Shown piece after piece: positions 59,920 to 64,000 of a DNA stretch of 64,000 bases. Under the pieces are notes generated by a model, which had not been told where the DNA came from, ran no database searches, and saw nothing but the letters and a program-made list of their open reading frames with translations. A program made the position numbers and the translations under genes. The stretch is from assembly GCA_963662665.2 (NCBI GenBank), contig CAXXJS010000030.1, positions 74,008-138,007 on the forward strand. The letters are read 5' to 3'. The first letter of the stretch is position 1; the number at the start of each line of letters is the position of its first letter. The stretch comes from Candidatus Latescibacterota bacterium (GTDB taxonomy: Bacteria; Latescibacterota; UBA2968; GCA-2709665).

Positions 59920-61069
59920 AAATCTCGGCAACTTTCGTTTTTTCGTGTTCGGATGTGGCCAAAAATGGCTCAAGTATCCCTTTTGCGATATGTCGAATCA
60001 CGGGAACCACCACTCCGTCACCCGCCAAATGATAGGCTTCATTATAGTTTTCCGGTAATTCATAGTCTTCAGGCAATCCCATTAACCGAGCAGCTTCGCG
60101 GGGAGATAGCAGCCGTGAACGAACTTCGTCCCCGTCGACGATCATGATCGTCTGCCGGCTTGACCCACCCAAAGGCGTACGAAGGCAACCAGCGATATTA
60201 TCAAATCGTATTTCAGCTCTCTGTACTTTTTCTCCGTGTTCGTTGCTGCGTGTACGCTTATAAATCGTACCGACCACTTGCCGCCGCATCTTTTTCGCCA
60301 GACTAACCTTGTTTAGGTTGACTAAACTCATCATTCCAAGCAATTTTTCGGTCTGGCTGGATGTGTGCCACGTTACACCCTTCGGCTCATCCTCAATGAG
60401 GTCAGGAAGAACTGCGCTGCGAAGTGGCGGCGGCTCGAGGCGCCACCAAAGCCAGTGTTTACGATCCGACGGCGGAAGCCGGTTAAACGCGTCGGTTAGC
60501 GCCCGGGTGTGCCAAATCTGATCCGGATCTGAGGTTAACAGACTGCCTGGTACGCTTTGCTCTTCGTCTACAGCTATGACGAATAACCTGGGGCGTGATT
60601 GAGGGACGAAGTGTACCGAATCTATTATCAGCGCACCGAGACGAAAGCCGCCGCCAATTATCGCTCCTGCTAGAGTTGTGAAGTCCTTTCCGCGATGTGA
60701 AGTCAATGCGCCGCATACATTCTCTAGCACTATCATCTTTGGCGCGCGCCCTTCAATTGCTAATCCTTCTACCAAACTCCAGAATGGCCAAAATGTGCTC
60801 GAACGCTTGCCTCGGAGACCTGCTCCGCTGCCTGCTAAGGAGAGATCTTGACAGGGAAACGAAGCCCATGCCAGGTCTGCGACTCCTGGAAGATCCGCGG
60901 TCGTGAGTTCCGCTACGTCAACCACGCGTAAATTTAACGCGCCCCAATTTTCGGCATAACACGCACACTTTTTGGTGTCAATGTCGTTGGCGAACAAGCA
61001 CGACCATCGGTCGCCAAGACCCGCCCGCGCCATTCCTCCTCCACAGAAAAATTCATAGAAGCTGTGCAT
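59909..61069 (-). CDS. dcm: DNA (cytosine-5)-methyltransferase (second)
   Basis: EFFCGGG, SFPCQDLS, ENV, PQSRPR, LAGDGV. Confidence 0.93.
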   Translation of the reverse strand: MHSFYEFFCGGGMARAGLGDRWSCLFANDIDTKKCACYAENWGALNLRVVDVAELTTADLPGVADLAWASFPCQDLSLAGSGAGLRGKRSSTFWPFWSLVEGLAIEGRAPKMIVLENVCGALTSHRGKDFTTLAGAIIGGGFRLGALIIDSVHFVPQSRPRLFVIAVDEEQSVPGSLLTSDPDQIWHTRALTDAFNRLPPSDRKHWLWWRLEPPPLRSAVLPDLIEDEPKGVTWHTSSQTEKLLGMMSLVNLNKVSLAKKMRRQVVGTIYKRTRSNEHGEKVQRAEIRFDNIAGCLRTPLGGSSRQTIMIVDGDEVRSRLLSPREAARLMGLPEDYELPENYNEAYHLAGDGVVVPVIRHIAKGILEPFLATSEHEKTKVAEIYAK

Positions 61070-61118
61070 TCTTCAATCCCTATACGATCTGTAGAATCTG
61101 GGACCTTGATCCAGACGT

Positions 61119-61909
61119 CTAAAATGGCAAATCCTCATCGGCTTCACCAGAATTCTTTTCACCTTTATGGAGCACGAATAACGATTTATTGTCCTCAATC
61201 CACTTCCAACCAGACGCAGTGATTCGTGCGCCTTCGTAATTGGCAGTTTCTCCATATTCATTGTGGGCGGTGAAATCCACAATTTCGATAAACGATCTGT
61301 AGACGAGTCTCCTAAGCGAAACTCCGAAGCCAATTGAAGTCAGACCTGCTGAACGAATCACATCCTTCTGTAAAATGTACAGACTTGTGCCACTTTCGGG
61401 AATCGCGGTTTCGGCTGCCAGAATGTCAAGCATTTGTACTTCAAGTTGAGTTAGTGCGTCGTTAGGTGCATTCTGCTGAGTTGCTGCCGTCTGTTTCAAT
61501 TCGGCGGTCTTGGTGAGTAGCGCCAGGCTCTCTCAACAATCTCATCCTTCAGTTTCTCAAAATCACTTGGGGAGTCGGATTTATACAAAATTACCGTTCT
61601 ATGTTGTATGTCAAACGGAAACCCTGCTCCTCTCTCATCCGAACAAACCATTATAACGGGGCGTTTTGACGCGAATGCATATCCTAATTCATACCACACA
61701 TTTGGGTTGTCAGTGCTAATATCCGCGAGGCAAATATCAGCTCCCACGATTTTTTCTTCAATCGCCTTTATTGGTATTTCGACACCCGGATCTTGATCGA
61801 CGCGATATGGTTCAAGCCCAGCGCGCTTCAGCGCGGGTTTGAATATCTCATCGAATCTCTGGTCAAATTTCCCGGAATCAAAAGGTTGGATAATGAAACA
61901 GGTTGCCAT
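61119..61909 (-). pseudogene. Frameshifted nucleoside 2-deoxyribosyltransferase/TIR-like protein with a C-terminal wHTH-like domain
   Basis: CFIIQPF, ADISTDNPNVWYELGYA, PFDI. A frame change near 61525-61534 joins it to ...ALLTKTAELKQ...ITASGWKWI. Confidence 0.65.
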
Positions 61910-62168
61910 GATAAGACCTCCACCGACAACGGGTTCCCTTTAGAGTTCAGATTTGCCACGGACTCTGGAATCGAAGTGTTAATCTACTGTGGCTATTGGT
62001 ATCCGGCAATCCCAGATTGGAACCAAACGGGTTCTTTTGGTCTGCGGATTTAGACTACCACCCGCATTCACGCTTAATTGAAGTAGGAGTAGATTTCCAC
62101 GAAAGAATAGCGCCTCTATGATTGCTGAATAGCGATTCGTGGCAGAGATAGTCACTCCTCCCAAATAG

Positions 62169-63462
62169 TCAATCGCCGGGCCATTCCAGGTTTACGACCT
62201 CTTCTCTGAGTTGTTCACCGGTTACCGTGGAAAGTCTGGTCCGAAACAGGTCGATGCCGTTTACATTGTATCCCAATTCCTTCGCGATACCGGCCAGTAG
62301 TTCCCCAGTTCTGATCATCACCCGCAGATATGACGCCTGGTCGCCCACCACGTAGGCGAGTTTGGCTCCCGGTTTGAGGGCTGGTCGAAGCGACGCGAGA
62401 TGTTTTGCCATACCCCCGAAATAGAGGAGGGTGACGCGTGCGTACTGGCGTTCGAAACCCGATGTCTTTCCCATCGAGATTCGGCGGTATTCGATTTCAT
62501 CCGCGACGTTGCGTATTGCAGGATTGTCCGCAATTTCCCGGTCGTCTGTGTCGGCTTTGTACACGCCGCGTGTGTTGGACCTGACCAGGTTCTGTTTCAG
62601 CATCCTTAATTCATGCCTGTTCCTGATCAGACCAAGGATAACGGACTCCAGGCGGGTGGTCCTCGTGTAATCCTTCTCGTTGGGATACGGCGGGGACGTG
62701 ATTACAAAATCCACCGAACCACGTTTCAGGATGTCTTCGACGCTTCGAGCGTCTGCGTTGATAATTCGGCTGCCGACTCGTGCCCGGTCACCATATCGGT
62801 TAATGTCGCGTACAGTCGTCCGAATGCATTCGAGCCACGCGTCCACGACCGGCGCATCATTCTTGATTTTCCCGACGCCGACCTCCGGCCCGAATTTCAG
62901 GTTGCTGATGCGGTGTACCAGTGCGTTGGCGAAGCAGAGGCGGCCGTAACCCTGCAACTGATGATTTCCGTGCCGGTCGATTGCATCCAGCAGCACGAGT
63001 GCCTTGTGTAGGGGACGGGGGCTGATGGAGTTCTTCAATAGGATTTTAGACCGTTCATCTGGAAGTTGCTTCAGGGCAATTTTCGGATTTCCATTTTCCG
63101 CGAAAAGAGGAAGATCGATCCATTCACCAAAGCCACTTTTCTCCAGTGTTTCCTTCGCTGATAGCGCTACTTCCTCGGCGTAATCAAGCAGCGCCTTGTG
63201 ATTTACACTCCAGTCGACCCTTAACCGAACTCGCGAAATACGCCATCGGGTTCGGCTCGATCCCGATGCTGCCAAATCCGAGTTTCTTGCACTCAACGGT
63301 GGTGGTCCCCGTACCGCAGAATGGGTCCAGTACGGTATGGGAAGATTGAACATTGAACCGGTCAAGATACTCGCGGACCAGGTGTGGAGGAAATGACAGG
63401 ACGAATCGGTACCAATCATGAACCGCTCGATCCTCCGGCCGCAGTTTGTTCAAATCCTTCAT
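62169..63462 (-). pseudogene. Frameshifted amino-methyltransferase (SPPY, N4-cytosine-like; FxGxG motif precedes SPPY)
   Basis: HDWYRFVLSFPP, DPFCGTGTT in 63184-63462; TSPPY in the other frame. Deleting one G from AAGGGTC (63218-63220) yields a continuous 430-aa ORF. Confidence 0.8.
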
Positions 63463-63741
63463 TTCAGTTCGCCGGAGTTACCAATGGTGTAGATATAACT
63501 TATTATATTTAAGTAATATAGAACGATCATATGTCTGCAATTCGGTATTGTAGTTCAGCCTTGTTTCCCGGTTCTGCTGCTAATATAGTCAGTATCAATC
63601 ACGATTGCAAGATCGCGACGTGAGCGTCTGGAGGTTTGGAGTCTTACATTAAGCCTTCAACGTAAGATGCGTGCATGTTTCATCACGTTGGATGCATATG
63701 TTAAGGAGTTGGAATCCCCCCACCGCATCAGCCGTCGCCGG

Positions 63742-63799
63742 CCCTTCGACAAGCTCAGGGACGGGCTCGGCTTCTGCGACTCCCCCTCAAGGGGGGAGT
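63742..63799. repeat. REP-like motif (CCCTTCGACAAGCTCAGGG) plus GC-rich hairpin ACTCCCCCTCAAGGGGGGAGT
   Basis: Same motif family as in 51470-51580. Confidence 0.5.
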
Positions 63800-64000
63800 G
63801 ATTGAACCGTCAAACGGGCTCGCTCGATCATTGCCACCTGTTTGGTTGCGGCTGAGCAAAGCGAAGCCGCGCCAGGTCCATGTCCATATGTCAGACAGAT
63901 TTCGCTTGACTCAAAGCGGATCTTGGATTTCCTTCTTTGTCTGGTAAACGAACACCGGTGGTGCGGTTTGCGGTTGGTGTTGCGCAATACGAATTCGCGA

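Noticed and set aside
1-64000. Prophage, ICE, tRNA or rRNA genes; att sites at island borders
   Set aside because: No integrase, phage structural or conjugation genes, and no tRNA-like or att duplications recognised by eye.

Overview
GC-rich bacterial chromosomal segment in which almost every gene is on the minus strand. Two defence/restriction islands flank a housekeeping and accessory core. LEFT ISLAND (1-13.4 kb): a GHKL/MORC-type ATPase (cut by the window edge), a C5 DNA methyltransferase, Vsr, type I hsdS and hsdM with no hsdR in view, and an unrecognised two-gene module. That module is a giant STAND-type NTPase, which reads as one 1766-aa frame once an IS630 at 9541-10762 is removed, coupled to a 432-aa protein ending in a HEPN-like RxxxxH motif. 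CORE (13.4-53 kb): LarA-like protein, Fe-ADH, PurM/HypE-like protein, kinase, DUF362, UbiA, a peptidase/TolB/beta-barrel protein, and an Opp transporter interleaved with an uncharacterised cluster (GlmL-like ATPase, barrel-sandwich protein, DUF6754-like protein and three more membrane proteins). These are followed by a lipoate ligase, rnc, fabF-acpP-fabG-fabD-fabH-rpmF-yceD-ndk (no plsX), an Ntn acylase, a GATase and several families of REP/MITE-like intergenic repeats. RIGHT ISLAND (53-63.5 kb): SIR2-HerA with herA split by an IS1380, a truncated Cys/His-motif gene, Vsr-DUF4928-like-Dcm, a frameshifted NDT/TIR-like gene and a frameshifted SPPY methyltransferase. Best candidates for an undescribed system are the STAND + HEPN pair and the GlmL-like/DUF6754-like membrane cluster. 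All family calls come from reading motifs by eye; no database searches were run.
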